A stretch of 64,000 nt of DNA from an uncultured delta proteobacterium. Lineage in GTDB: Bacteria > Desulfobacterota > RBG-13-43-22. The position numbers and the translations under genes were made by a program. The notes beneath the pieces were generated by a model. The model was not told the DNA's origin. It saw only the letters and a list, made by a program, of their open reading frames with translations, and searched no databases. The stretch lies in assembly GCA_963843145.1 (NCBI GenBank), contig CAWJJC010000020.1, positions 101,398 to 165,397 of the forward strand, in the 5' to 3' direction. This document shows positions 55,036-64,000 of this stretch, one piece after another. The first letter of the stretch is position 1; the number at the start of each line of letters is the position of its first letter.

Positions 55036-55797
55036 ATGATCTTATTATTAGGCGGTACCAGTGAAACCGCATCCCTGGCCGAGGCCCTGGCCGAACAGGG
55101 CTTCTTGGTGCTGGTCTCCACCGCCACGGATATCCCCTTGGATATCGGGAACCATCCCGCCATTCGGAGAAGGACCGGCCTGCTCGATGAATCCCAACTC
55201 CTTCGACTCCTTCTTGATAAAAAAATTCGCGGGGTGGTGGACGCCACTCACCCCTATGCCGAGGCCATCGGTCCGCTGACCCGCAAGGTCGCCGGCCAAT
55301 TACAACTCCCTTATTTTCGCTGGCTTCGGCCGCCGGCCCTTTCCGGATCAAGCGAAATCCTGACTGCCGCCGACCATGGGGAAGCGGCCGCCCTGGCCTT
55401 TTCCTTCGGCGCTCCCGTCCTGCTGACCATCGGCTCCAAGAACCTGGAGCCTTATCTCCGGGAAAGTCGGAGGACCGGCCTCCCGGTCATCGCCCGCGTC
55501 TTGGACCATCCCGATTCCCGGTCCGCCTGCCAAAAACTCGGCCTTCCCCCGGAAGCGACTATCACGGGCAAGGGGCCTTTTTCGGCAGACGAAAATCGGT
55601 CAACTATCCGGGATTTTCGAATTGGGGTCCTGGTGACCAAGGACAGCGGAAGGGCGGGAGGAGTGACAGAAAAGCTGGAAGCGGCCCGGATGGAAGGATG
55701 CCGGGTCATAGTAGTTCGCCGGCCGGAACCGCCGGGGGAATACTTTGATCAAATAGAAACCCTCATAAAAGTTCTGTTGGAGGCCTTAACGCCCTAA
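55036..55797 (+). CDS. cbiJ: cobalt-precorrin-6A reductase
   Basis: 253-aa ORF MILLLGGTSE...DATHPYA, typical of CobK/CbiJ. Confidence 0.85.
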   Translation: MILLLGGTSETASLAEALAEQGFLVLVSTATDIPLDIGNHPAIRRRTGLLDESQLLRLLLDKKIRGVVDATHPYAEAIGPLTRKVAGQLQLPYFRWLRPPALSGSSEILTAADHGEAAALAFSFGAPVLLTIGSKNLEPYLRESRRTGLPVIARVLDHPDSRSACQKLGLPPEATITGKGPFSADENRSTIRDFRIGVLVTKDSGRAGGVTEKLEAARMEGCRVIVVRRPEPPGEYFDQIETLIKVLLEALTP

Positions 55798-56370
55798 CCC
55801 AATATTAACGCTCCTTTCTTAATAAATCCATATAGGACTACTTCTTGTAATGGTGTTTTTGAATTTTGGCCATCCCGGCATGAGAGATAGGAACCAGACA
55901 TAGGTGGTGGAAAGATGGTGCATCGCTTAAGCCGAGGGAACCGGCTCGACGAAAACAGGGACGAGGGCAATAGACGCTCCGCAGGCCGTATAGGACGAAA
56001 ACAGCTATGCAATAAAGGGGACAAATTCAAAATAGGGAACCTGGGTATCGTATCCAGGTCCTAGCTTTTTGCAGCCGGAACAAATAGGCTGACTGTACTG
56101 ACGAGGATGAATTCAACCTCCAGTATAATTTGAGATCGATTTTTCATTAATCAGTTGGGTAAAAATGAATTCGAAATTTTCGAATGGAAATCGCTAAATC
56201 AAGCACATGACAAAGGAAAACATTTGTAGGTGTACATTGGTAATCGATGGATTCAGGGATACTTTAGAGAATTTCTTTTTTAACCTTCGCAATTCCTTCT
56301 TAGAATATCCCCTGAATGCCCGGTAAATTTATGGATTTCCGCTGCCGGAGCAGCAGATCCTAAAAACATA

Positions 56371-56399
56371 TTGACAACTCTCCAAATGAGTTGTACAAT
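56371..56399 (+). promoter_or_regulatory. sigma70-like promoter TTGACA-N17-TACAAT with embedded operator-like inverted repeat ACAACTC-N7-GAGTTGT
   Basis: Read directly from the sequence. It lies 8 nt upstream of the vapC-like start region. Confidence 0.55.
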
Positions 56400-56406
56400 A
56401 TAAAGT

Positions 56407-56796
56407 ATGGAAATAGTATCTGATGCAAGCGCGTTTCTCGCTGTGGTCCTTGATGAGGTCGCCCGTAAATGGGTTATCGATAAAACATCCGGGGCGGCCC
56501 TTATTTCGCCCGAGGTCCTCCCTTACGAAATCGCCAATGCACTGACCGCCATGAAGAAAAAAGGACGTTTAACGGATCGAGAAGCTCTTAAGGCCTTTAA
56601 CCTCTCACAAAGCATCCCGGTAAAGCTTGCGCCAATAAGAATATATGATGCTTTGAAAATAGCCATTAAATTCAATATCTATGCGTACGACGCCTACTAC
56701 GTGCAGTGTTGTCTTGAGACGAAGTTGCCCCTCATCAGCCTTGATAACCACATGTGCGAAGTGGCGAAAATTCTATCAATAAAGGTGGTGATGTAG
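56407..56796 (+). CDS. PIN-domain toxin (VapC-like)
   Basis: 129-aa ORF with the acidic residue pattern ..VSDASAFLAVVLDE.. / ..YDAYYV.. / ..LISLD.. Confidence 0.8.
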   Translation: MEIVSDASAFLAVVLDEVARKWVIDKTSGAALISPEVLPYEIANALTAMKKKGRLTDREALKAFNLSQSIPVKLAPIRIYDALKIAIKFNIYAYDAYYVQCCLETKLPLISLDNHMCEVAKILSIKVVM

Positions 56797-56800
56797 TCTC

Positions 56801-57025
56801 ATGAAAGTTTACACCTATTCTGAGGCCAGAGGAAAACTGTCGGCTATCCTCGAAGAATCTAAGTCTGAACAGGTCGTCATAAAGCGTCGTAGGGGGGATA
56901 TGTACGCCATTGTTCCCCAGACTGCCCGCCCTCGCCGTTCTCCCTTTGACGTACCCGGTTTGAATAAAAGCATCACCCGTCAGGAAATACTGGAAGCCAT
57001 TGGCGAATCACGAGAGAGGGTGTAA
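56801..57025 (+). CDS. Phd/YefM-type antitoxin
   Basis: 74-aa ORF MKVYTYSEARGKLSAILEESKSEQVVIKRRRGD, 4 nt after the PIN gene. Confidence 0.75.
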   Translation: MKVYTYSEARGKLSAILEESKSEQVVIKRRRGDMYAIVPQTARPRRSPFDVPGLNKSITRQEILEAIGESRERV

Positions 57026-57133
57026 GGTGTCGTTGCAGCCGATGTGTAAGCGCCCCTCTAAACCTCGTGTCAACTTTGCCAATTGTCCGATGGAATATCC
57101 CCTGAGCGGCCGTTCGATTTCTGAATTCGGTAA

Positions 57134-57451
57134 GTGCGTCTCAGTCGACAACCCTTTCTTCCACCCCCAACTGGACTTGCTTTGCTGATGGAACGCCCAG
57201 CCCTTGCCATCGAAGCCTATATTCCATCGCCTTGGTTGACGAGAGTCGGCGGGTGGGCTGTGGGCGGAGGGGGCACCATCCTTCGCTGGAACGGAAGCAC
57301 CTGGCGCTCCATCCCCAGTCCCAGCACAAAAGAATTGAATGCCGTCGCCCTGGTATCGGCCAATGACGGCTGGATTGTCGGAAGTGAGGGAGTAATCTTG
57401 CGGACCAGCGGTTCCGCTAATAAGTCATATCTCCCGTTAATCATCTATTAG
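57134..57451 (+). pseudogene. possible fragment of a beta-propeller (Ycf48/BNR-like) repeat protein gene
   Basis: The ORF contains two ..GGGGTILRWNGSTW.. / ..GSEGVILRT.. blade-like repeats only. There is no credible N-terminus or RBS. Confidence 0.3.
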
Positions 57452-57800
57452 GTCCAAATTGGCAACGGATTATCTCGGAATCGCCAGGCGAACGAAAGTC
57501 GTTGTGTCCATCCCCTCCCCGAACCATTGCCCACCAAGGACCAAATTCACCCTATTTACTATTTCCAAAATGGTGTATAATTACCTTATATAATTATAAA
57601 CTCGGATCAATAAGTTAACCCATCTTCCCGTTTCGTCCTTATACCGAAAGGGAGCATCCTTATGGGAGATTTACGGAAACCCCAATTCTCGGAGGAGAAG
57701 CGGGGTTTTTTTATTGAGGTTTCAGCGAATGGCCAAAGCAACGAAGTGGTTTTTATTACAGCCAAAAATATTTCAAAACTTTTTGGCTAGGTTTTAAGAT

Positions 57801-60666
57801 ATGAAGCTTCAATCCAAAGCGTCCCTTTTTCTTTCCGCCCTCCTTCTGGCGGCCCTGCTCAGCCAGTGGGGGCTATTGTCTCACTTTTTAGATAAATCCC
57901 TGCGGGACAAAGCCGACCAGGAACTTATCCATGAAGCCGCCGGTGTGAGCAGCCGCCTCGATGCCTTTATTTTAGATTCCCAAACCGATATCATGAATCT
58001 GGCTCAACATATGGATACCCAGGCTTTGGTGGACGGCAAATGGGTTAAGATCCAAACCTATTTACAATCTGCTTTTTTCGCCAATTCCCGTTTTGATAAC
58101 GGGTTTTTTATCCTGGACGCCCAAGGGGTTCTGGTCGTGGATTATCCAGTCTCAGATATCAGAGGGATCAACCTATCCTTTCGGGAATATTTTAAAAGGA
58201 CTTTTTCCGAAAAAAAACCCATCATCTCTTCTCCTTATCAATCCAAACGGACCGGGGCGAATATTATTACCTTTACGGTCCCCCTCCTCTCGTATCAGGG
58301 TAATTTTTTAGGGCTTTTAGCCGGATCGGTCAATCTCCTGCAAAGAAACTTTGCCGGAAGCATCCGAGACATCCAGATCGGTCAGGCCCGAAAGATCATG
58401 ATCTATGATTCCAAAGGAAAATTACTCTACTATCCTGATCTCGACTTGACCTCCAAAGAAGGAGAACCTCCTTACGCGGATCCGCTGCTCAAGGGCCTCC
58501 CTCAGGGAAGTAAAGGGGTAATAGATCGTCAAGGCGCCAATAGGATGGAATATACTCTGGCCTTTCACCCCCTGCAAACCACCGATTGGATGGTGGCCGT
58601 CATCATGCAGAAGAAGGAAATTCTTGCCCCCTTGAATAGCTTAAAAGAGGAGATTGCCCTATTTTTCCTAATAGCCTTGGTCGTGGGCGTAGGGGTCGGG
58701 ATCTGGGTAATAAGAATAATTATCAAACCCATCAAGGCCTTTTCTAACAGCATTAAACAGTATCAGGGGGGGGTCTGGGAAGAACCCGCCGGTCTGATTT
58801 CACGCCGGGATGAACTGGGTGATCTCGGCAAAAGTTTTCAAAGCATGGCCTCCCTGCTCGGCGAGACCTTAAGTTCCCTAACTGAGTCAGAGACGAAATA
58901 CCGGGCACTGGTCCAGGGGTCCACGGTGGGGGTATTTTTGATCCAGGGTGGGCGATTCGTTTTTGTCAATCCCCGCTTTGCCGAGATCTTTGGTTATCGC
59001 CCGGAGGAGTTGGACCCCTCATTTCGATCCCCTGGAGCTGGTTGCCCCTCTGGAACGTGATCGGGTCCTCAAGATTATGACCCAACCCATACCGGAAAAT
59101 CAGCACCTGGTCCACTTTTTCTGGCAGGGCCTTCGAAAGGATGGCTCTCTGATAGAAGTGGAAGTCCTGGGAACTCCTTTATCCTATCAAGGGAAACCAG
59201 CCATACACGGCACCCTGGTAGACATCTCCGATCGCAAGCTTATGGAAAGTAAACTAGCGCGAATCAATCGGGTGCGGGAGGAATTGATTACTTCTAAAAC
59301 CAAGGGGGAAAAGCTCAAAATAATCACCGAGGGCCTGGTTCAAATATTTGAGGCGGATTTTGCCCGAATCTGGACCGTTAAACCTGGGGATCGATGCTCT
59401 GAGTGTCTGCACGCCCAGGTGAAGGAAGGTCCCCCCGTTTGCCGAGAGAAGGAACAATGTCTTCACCTGCTGGCCAGTTCCGGGCGTTACACGCACACCG
59501 ACGGTGAGGTTCATGGCCGGGTGCCTTTCGGACAATACATGATAGGACTTATAGCGTCAGGGAACATTCCCAAGTTTTTGACCAACGACGTACTCCATGA
59601 ACCCCTTATTGAAAATCACGACTGGGCCAAAGAGCTGGGTCTGATTTCCTGCGCGGGATACCGGCTCCTGTCTAACGAGGGGGGATCGATCGGGGTATTG
59701 GCCCTTTTCAGCCGGCACATTATTTCGCCCTACGATGACATTCTGTTGGAAGGTCTGGCCAACAGTACCGCTCAGGTTATCCAGACCGCCAGGATAGAAG
59801 AGAAACTTAGAGAGGGTGAAGAGCGCTATCGGACGGCCATTGAACAATCCAATGACGGTGTTGCCCTGGTTAAAGAGGACCGGCACCTCTTTGTCAATCA
59901 AAGGCTGGTCGAAATTTTTGGTTATGACCGTCCGGAAGAAATCATCGGCCAACCGGTTGGTATGGTGGTCCATCCGGATGACCGCGAGCGGGTAATGGAT
60001 ATAACCCGTCGAAGGCAAAAAGGGGAAGCGCTGCCTCAAAAATATGAATTTATAGGCCAACGGAAAAACGGTGAACCCATCCCTATTGAAGTCTCCGCCG
60101 CCAGGACGACTTATCAGGGAGCGCCCGTTGCCCTGGTCTATCTAAGGGATATCACTGACCGTAAGCAGGCCGAGGAGCTTCTCAGGGCCTTATCGATTAA
60201 AGATGAGCTCACCGGCCTCTATAACCGCCGGGGGTTTCTTACCCTGGCCGAACAGGAGTTGAAAAGGGCCCAACGGAAGGGAACAGAGGTGCTGCTCATT
60301 TTTGGAGATTTGGACAATATGAAGGGAATTAATGATACCTTGGGCCATAAAGAAGGTGACCAGGCCTTGAAGGATATCTCACGGATCCTGATAGAAACCT
60401 TTCGGGAATCGGACATCATTGCCCGCTTGGGGGGGGATGAATTTGTCGTTTTGGCGATGAACGGCTTTGAGACCTCAGCCGAAATAATGATCAGCCGCTT
60501 CAAGAAAGTCCTGGATGACCATAATCGCCAAACCAAGAACTCCTATACCCTCTCCATGAGCCTGGGTCTGGCCTTTTTTGATCCCCAAAATCCTTGTTCC
60601 ATCGAAGTCCTGCTGGCCGAGGCGGACAAGTTGATGTATGAGAACAAGCAAAAAAAGGGGCGATAG
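57801..60666 (+). pseudogene. Cache-HAMP-PAS-GAF-PAS-GGDEF sensor diguanylate cyclase with one frameshift near 59010..59032
   Basis: 57801..59060 holds a TM, a periplasmic Cache-like domain, a second TM, HAMP and the start of PAS (..NPRFAEIFGYRPEEL). The PAS continues in the +1 frame (..FDPLELVAPLERDRV..) within ORF 58948..60666, which ends with GGDEF (RLGGDEFVV). Confidence 0.8.
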
Positions 60667-60716
60667 TTTCCGCATTATTGACCTGATGGTGAGAACCTCG
60701 ACTGGAGATTTGAGAA

Positions 60717-60992
60717 ATGAACGATAACAGTAAGCCCAAAGACCAACTGATCCAGGAGTTGGAAAATCTTCGCCGGCGGATTTGTATCGCGGCGATGACC
60801 TGGCGGTCATCGAGAGCGGCTGCTCCAAATTTCTAATCGAGGACCCGGCCGACGATAAAATGCCTGTTCCTGTCCGGCTACACCGCCGAGGTGATCACTC
60901 ACCGGGGCATGCTGGACGAGGGTCTACAGTTCATCCCCAAGCCCTTCTCGATGAGCGACCTGGCGGTTAAAGTCAGAAAAGTGCTGGGATAA
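60717..60992 (+). pseudogene. collapsed remnant of a sensor kinase/response-regulator gene
   Basis: It starts MNDNSKPKDQLIQELENLRRRI (a typical pre-PAS coiled coil). In another frame it ends ..LFLSGYTAEVITHRGMLDEGLQFIPKPFSMSDLAVKVRKVLG* (the C-terminal end of a receiver domain). Nothing lies between them. Confidence 0.5.
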
Positions 60993-60996
60993 AGAA

Positions 60997-62868
60997 TTAA
61001 ATTAGAATCTTCGGATTGACCTTTTCCGACTTCCCCTTTTCCCAGGCCTTAGTAAACCGCTCTCGCTGTCCTTCAAAATACTCGCGGTTATCGGGGTCGC
61101 CCGCCAGGATTTTTTCCACAATCCCCAATGACAGGTCCGGCCGGCCGTTGGCCAGGTAGGCCTCGGCCAGGGTGTCCCAAATCGTGGGGTCGGGCTTCAG
61201 GGCCGCGGCCGCCTGGGCCAGGACCAGGGCCTTCTCGGGCTTAAAATACTTGGGATCCCGGCTGGTGGCGTACATCCAGGCCAGGTTATTCAGCACCAGG
61301 GGATTCCGGGGCTCTTTTTTTAAGACTTTTTCGTAGGCCGCTTCGGCCTCGCCATAGCGCTTCTGCTCTTGGTAAATGAGGCCCAAGCCCGACAGGATCC
61401 GGGGGTCTTCCGGCCGGACCCGCAATTCCCTGGTCAGCAGCTTTTCCAGGATTTGGACCTCCCCCTGTCCCCCGGAAGTAAAAAGGCCGGGGGAGCGCCA
61501 GACAGAGGCCCCCAAGCCGATCAGCAAGACCAGGTAGATCCCCACGGACCAATAGACTTTCTTCTGGTGCCGCGCGATGATTTGGGGCTCCCGGCTGCTT
61601 TTTTCCAGGAAATCCACCCGTTGCGCGATGCTGTAATGATGCCAACTGGGCAGATGACGGTCCTGGCCGGAGTACAACCCGATTTTTTCCAGGGAACCGA
61701 CTAGGGGGTCGGGAGACCCTAAAAGCTGCAGCGCGTACAGGTCGGCCTGACGCTCGAAATTGCGCATAAAATAGCCGAAAAGAAAGCGGAAATAAAGGAC
61801 CAGGAAAATGGCCAGGGGGATCATGGACAGCAGGGAAAAAAGTCCCTCGAAATGGGATTGCCAGTGCGTAAGCAGCTTCAGGATCTCCGGCTGGGTCAAC
61901 AGGTGCTGGCTGACCCACTGATAAAAAAGCAGGGCCAGCAGGGCATAGCCTCCGAAAAAAAGGAGATAAAAAAACATATGCTGCTTGCGAATGTGGCCGA
62001 TCTCGTGGGCCACCACCCCTTTCAGTTCTTCCGGAGTAAGCAGTTGGAGCAGAGACGGGGTAATCAGGAGGTAGCGAAACCTTTTGATTAAGCCCATGAC
62101 CCCGGCGGTCAACATCTGACCTTCAAACACCCGCCAGAGCAGTATCTCCTGAAAGGGGGCACCCAGTTCCCGGCAGAAACGGCTGATTTCTTCTTTCTTA
62201 GGACTCTCGGGAATAGGCCGGCACTGCCACCAGACCTTGATCAGATAGGGCAAAAATATAGACATCAGCAACAAAAAAACCAGAATATAGGAAATCTCGC
62301 CCAGCGGATGGTCCAGGAAGGTCCTGACTTTGGCCCCGCCGAACTTCTCCAGCACATCCGTCAGCGCGGTGATCAGGATCCAGGGAAAAAGGATGGGCAA
62401 ATTAAACTCGAACTGGGACCAGACATAGGCGCCCTGACCCTGGGCGACATGAAAAAGCGTCCGGTAAGCCGGGAAGCCGTAATACCAGATCAGGGATAGG
62501 TGGCCCAGATAGACGGAAATCCCCAGCACTCCCTCCCAGAAGGAATACTGACGGGCCCCGGGAACCAACAGGATCAGGGATTTCAGGTTTAAAAAATAAA
62601 CTTCCGTGCCGAAAAACAGCAGGGACAAAATCATGAACTGCTGCTGGGCCCGCTGGTAACGAATTTGAATCAGGGAAGGGTCGACCGCTTCACCTTGGGC
62701 CAGACGCCCCAATTGTCTGAAACGACGGTGTACTTCAAAACCAAAGAACGCCCCCAGCAGGAGGATCCCCAAAGTGGACATCCACAATCCGGGGATCGTC
62801 AGCCGATCGGCTGTCCCCGTGTGAAAGATGAACAGGGCCAGCATGAAGTAGATAATATTAAGGAACAT
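60997..62868 (-). CDS. M48 family metallopeptidase with polytopic N-terminus and C-terminal TPR repeats
   Basis: 623-aa ORF with VVAHEIGHIRKQH (HExxH), multiple TM helices, and TPR-like ..GLIYQEQKRYGEAEAAYEKVLKKEPRNPLVLNNLAWMYA.. Confidence 0.85.
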   Translation of the reverse strand: MFLNIIYFMLALFIFHTGTADRLTIPGLWMSTLGILLLGAFFGFEVHRRFRQLGRLAQGEAVDPSLIQIRYQRAQQQFMILSLLFFGTEVYFLNLKSLILLVPGARQYSFWEGVLGISVYLGHLSLIWYYGFPAYRTLFHVAQGQGAYVWSQFEFNLPILFPWILITALTDVLEKFGGAKVRTFLDHPLGEISYILVFLLLMSIFLPYLIKVWWQCRPIPESPKKEEISRFCRELGAPFQEILLWRVFEGQMLTAGVMGLIKRFRYLLITPSLLQLLTPEELKGVVAHEIGHIRKQHMFFYLLFFGGYALLALLFYQWVSQHLLTQPEILKLLTHWQSHFEGLFSLLSMIPLAIFLVLYFRFLFGYFMRNFERQADLYALQLLGSPDPLVGSLEKIGLYSGQDRHLPSWHHYSIAQRVDFLEKSSREPQIIARHQKKVYWSVGIYLVLLIGLGASVWRSPGLFTSGGQGEVQILEKLLTRELRVRPEDPRILSGLGLIYQEQKRYGEAEAAYEKVLKKEPRNPLVLNNLAWMYATSRDPKYFKPEKALVLAQAAAALKPDPTIWDTLAEAYLANGRPDLSLGIVEKILAGDPDNREYFEGQRERFTKAWEKGKSEKVNPKILI

Positions 62869-62906
62869 GGGCTAATCTCTTCCGTAAATATTTCAAATAT
62901 TTTTGG

Positions 62907-63332
62907 CTAGATACTATGCCACATATAAATCAATAAAAAGAGGCCTATCGAGGTAATGGACAAGGTCAAGAGGATATCCAAAATTAAAGAGGGATGGTAG
63001 GTGTCGTCATCGATCTGCCTTTCGGTGTGCTTGTAGCGGATAAAAGCCAGGACCCCCATCAAGGCTCCCAGGGCAATCAACATCAGACCCAAAATGGAAG
63101 AATATCCCGGGGAGACCGCTAGCGGATGAGGGGATTTTGCACCATCCGAAGAGGCCTGTCCTAAAAAATAACCCATCTGCCTCACAAATAGTCCGAATTT
63201 TTCCACCACGAACCCGAAGGCCATAATGCCAATGCCGGTTCGAATCCAGGCCAGAAAGGTTCGTTCGTTGGCCATGTGAACACGCCGGTTTTGAACCCGA
63301 ACTTGTTTTAGTTCGATATTTTTTTTAGTCAT
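62907..63332 (-). CDS. DUF202 (YidH) family membrane protein
   Basis: 141-aa ORF with ANERTFLAWIRTGIGIMAFGF. Confidence 0.8.
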   Translation of the reverse strand: MTKKNIELKQVRVQNRRVHMANERTFLAWIRTGIGIMAFGFVVEKFGLFVRQMGYFLGQASSDGAKSPHPLAVSPGYSSILGLMLIALGALMGVLAFIRYKHTERQIDDDTYHPSLILDILLTLSITSIGLFLLIYMWHSI

Positions 63333-63431
63333 CCCTTCTTTCTTCCTACTACTTCGATTTTCGTATTAACCCTCATGCCCCGCGGCGGGGCACCCGCGAA
63401 GCAGGTAACTAATGCTTGACCATTTAAAGAA

Positions 63432-63565
63432 CCGTCATTCCGGACAAGCGAAGCGCGATCCGGAATCCAGGCCTCAGTTAAGCCTCACAGGACCTGGATG
63501 CCCCCGGCTTACTACCTGCCGGGGCAGGCTTATCGGGTCCGGCATGACGGCAAAAAACTGAGGCC
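63432..63565. repeat. composite REP-like palindromic element
   Basis: CCGTCATTCCGGA..TCCGGAATCCAGGCCTCAG ... CCTGGATGCC..GGGTCCGGCATGACGG..CTGAGGCC. The outer and inner arms are mutually complementary. Confidence 0.6.
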
Positions 63566-63613
63566 TAAAAAGCAGTGATAGATTCTTATTTACATACAAA
63601 CCCCCCAGGCGAA

Positions 63614-64000
63614 TCACTGCTGCCAGAGAATATGAGCGGCCTCCAGGGGAACCGCCACCCCCGGATAGTGGGGTATCAGGCGGGCCGTATAGTCCGTGGC
63701 CGGGCGGTCCGCAGGGACCGCGGCCCGGTAAACATAGCCGCCCGCCGCGCCCGTCAGCGGACGAAGGCGCTTCATCTTCTGCCGCACCGGGCCGTCGTGG
63801 TTGGCGTCTTGGGCATAGAGCTCGACCTCTATGACCTGCGGATCGAGGTCATCGAGATATATTTGAATGTCAAAAACGTGCTGCTCCCCGCTGGATTCCA
63901 CTTTCACCTCCCCAAAGCGCAGCGAGACCCAATGCTGTTTTAGGGCCTGCTGCCACTCGACCACCTGCCGGCCCACTGCGCCCTGATCGGCAGCACGTTC
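63614..64000 (-). CDS. glgP: alpha-glucan phosphorylase, C-terminal part (5' end beyond the window)
   Basis: The frame is open to the window edge. The C-terminal sequence ..VESSGEQHVFDIQIYLDDLDPQVIEVELYA...YTARLIPHYPGVAVPLE matches the tail of archaeal/bacterial alpha-glucan phosphorylases as I recall them. Confidence 0.7.
   Translation of the reverse strand, partial: ERAADQGAVGRQVVEWQQALKQHWVSLRFGEVKVESSGEQHVFDIQIYLDDLDPQVIEVELYAQDANHDGPVRQKMKRLRPLTGAAGGYVYRAAVPADRPATDYTARLIPHYPGVAVPLEAAHILWQQ

Noticed and set aside
56037-56075. The hairpin ACCTGG-GTATCGTAT-CCAGGT followed by CCTAGCTTTTT, considered as a terminator for cbiJ.
   Set aside because: The stem is only 6 bp and lies ~240 nt after the cbiJ stop, with an interrupted T-run. 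It is plausible but too weak to list as a feature.
57590-57800. A possible small RNA, leader peptide or attenuator upstream of the sensor gene: a TATAAT box near 57575, a 42-codon ORF (MGDLRKPQFSEEKRGFF..) with a GGGAG RBS, and an AACCCC..GGGGTT stem followed by a T-run at 57682..57713.
   Set aside because: The stem is only 6 bp with a ~20-nt loop. I recognise no riboswitch class, and the peptide has no known features. The evidence is too weak to call.

Overview
A 64-kb, fairly GC-rich bacterial chromosome segment. The gene content suggests an anaerobe: anaerobic cbi pathway, Na+-decarboxylase beta subunits, HDOD/GGDEF signalling and a probable selenoprotein. That lifestyle call is an inference; I cannot assign a taxon.

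Layout, left to right:
- 1-5.6 kb: tRNA-Arg(CCG), a DUF362 Fe-S protein, and two orphan OadB/OadG-like membrane modules. One of these sits in an operon with a cNMP-binding protein.
- 5.8-9.8 kb: a K+ uptake cluster (kup, trkH/ktrB, trkA/ktrA).
- 9.9-18.1 kb: mixed housekeeping genes (methyltransferase, lipoprotein, mutY, Ntn hydrolase, pirin, cNMP-TM-rhodanese plus MauE/DoxX).
- 18.1-31.4 kb: an accessory/defence island, entirely on the minus strand. It holds a type I R-M locus (intact hsdR, KilA-N, four-helix-bundle gene, decayed hsdM and hsdS), a decayed GmrSD-like gene, an AlbA_2 protein plus a repeat/TM/SH3 protein, an OsmC-like gene with an in-frame TGA at the catalytic Cys position (probable selenocysteine), remnants of a second type I locus, and a RhuM-wHTH-hypothetical operon. 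A 53-bp duplication of the osmC 3' end brackets part of it.
- 31.9-39.1 kb: GNAT, PhoU, B12-radical SAM, DUF4301 and a receiver-GGDEF/HDOD operon.
- 39.2-40.5 kb: a frameshifted MFS transporter.
- 40.5-55.8 kb: a cobalamin riboswitch followed by a roughly 15-kb cob/cbi operon (cobD-cobQ fusion, cobO, cbiA, cbiC, cbiX, cbiMNQO, cbiD, cbiE, cbiL, cbiF, cbiG, cbiH, cbiJ). Four copies of a 137-206 bp inverted-repeat element and one smaller hairpin sit at module junctions.
- 55.8-64 kb: a toxin-first vapC-phd pair, a frameshifted Cache-HAMP-PAS-GAF-PAS-GGDEF sensor, an M48/TPR peptidase, a DUF202 protein and a partial alpha-glucan phosphorylase.

Several single-base frame disruptions occur outside the island (MFS, cbiG/cbiH, sensor), mostly at short homopolymers. 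They may be assembly errors rather than biology.
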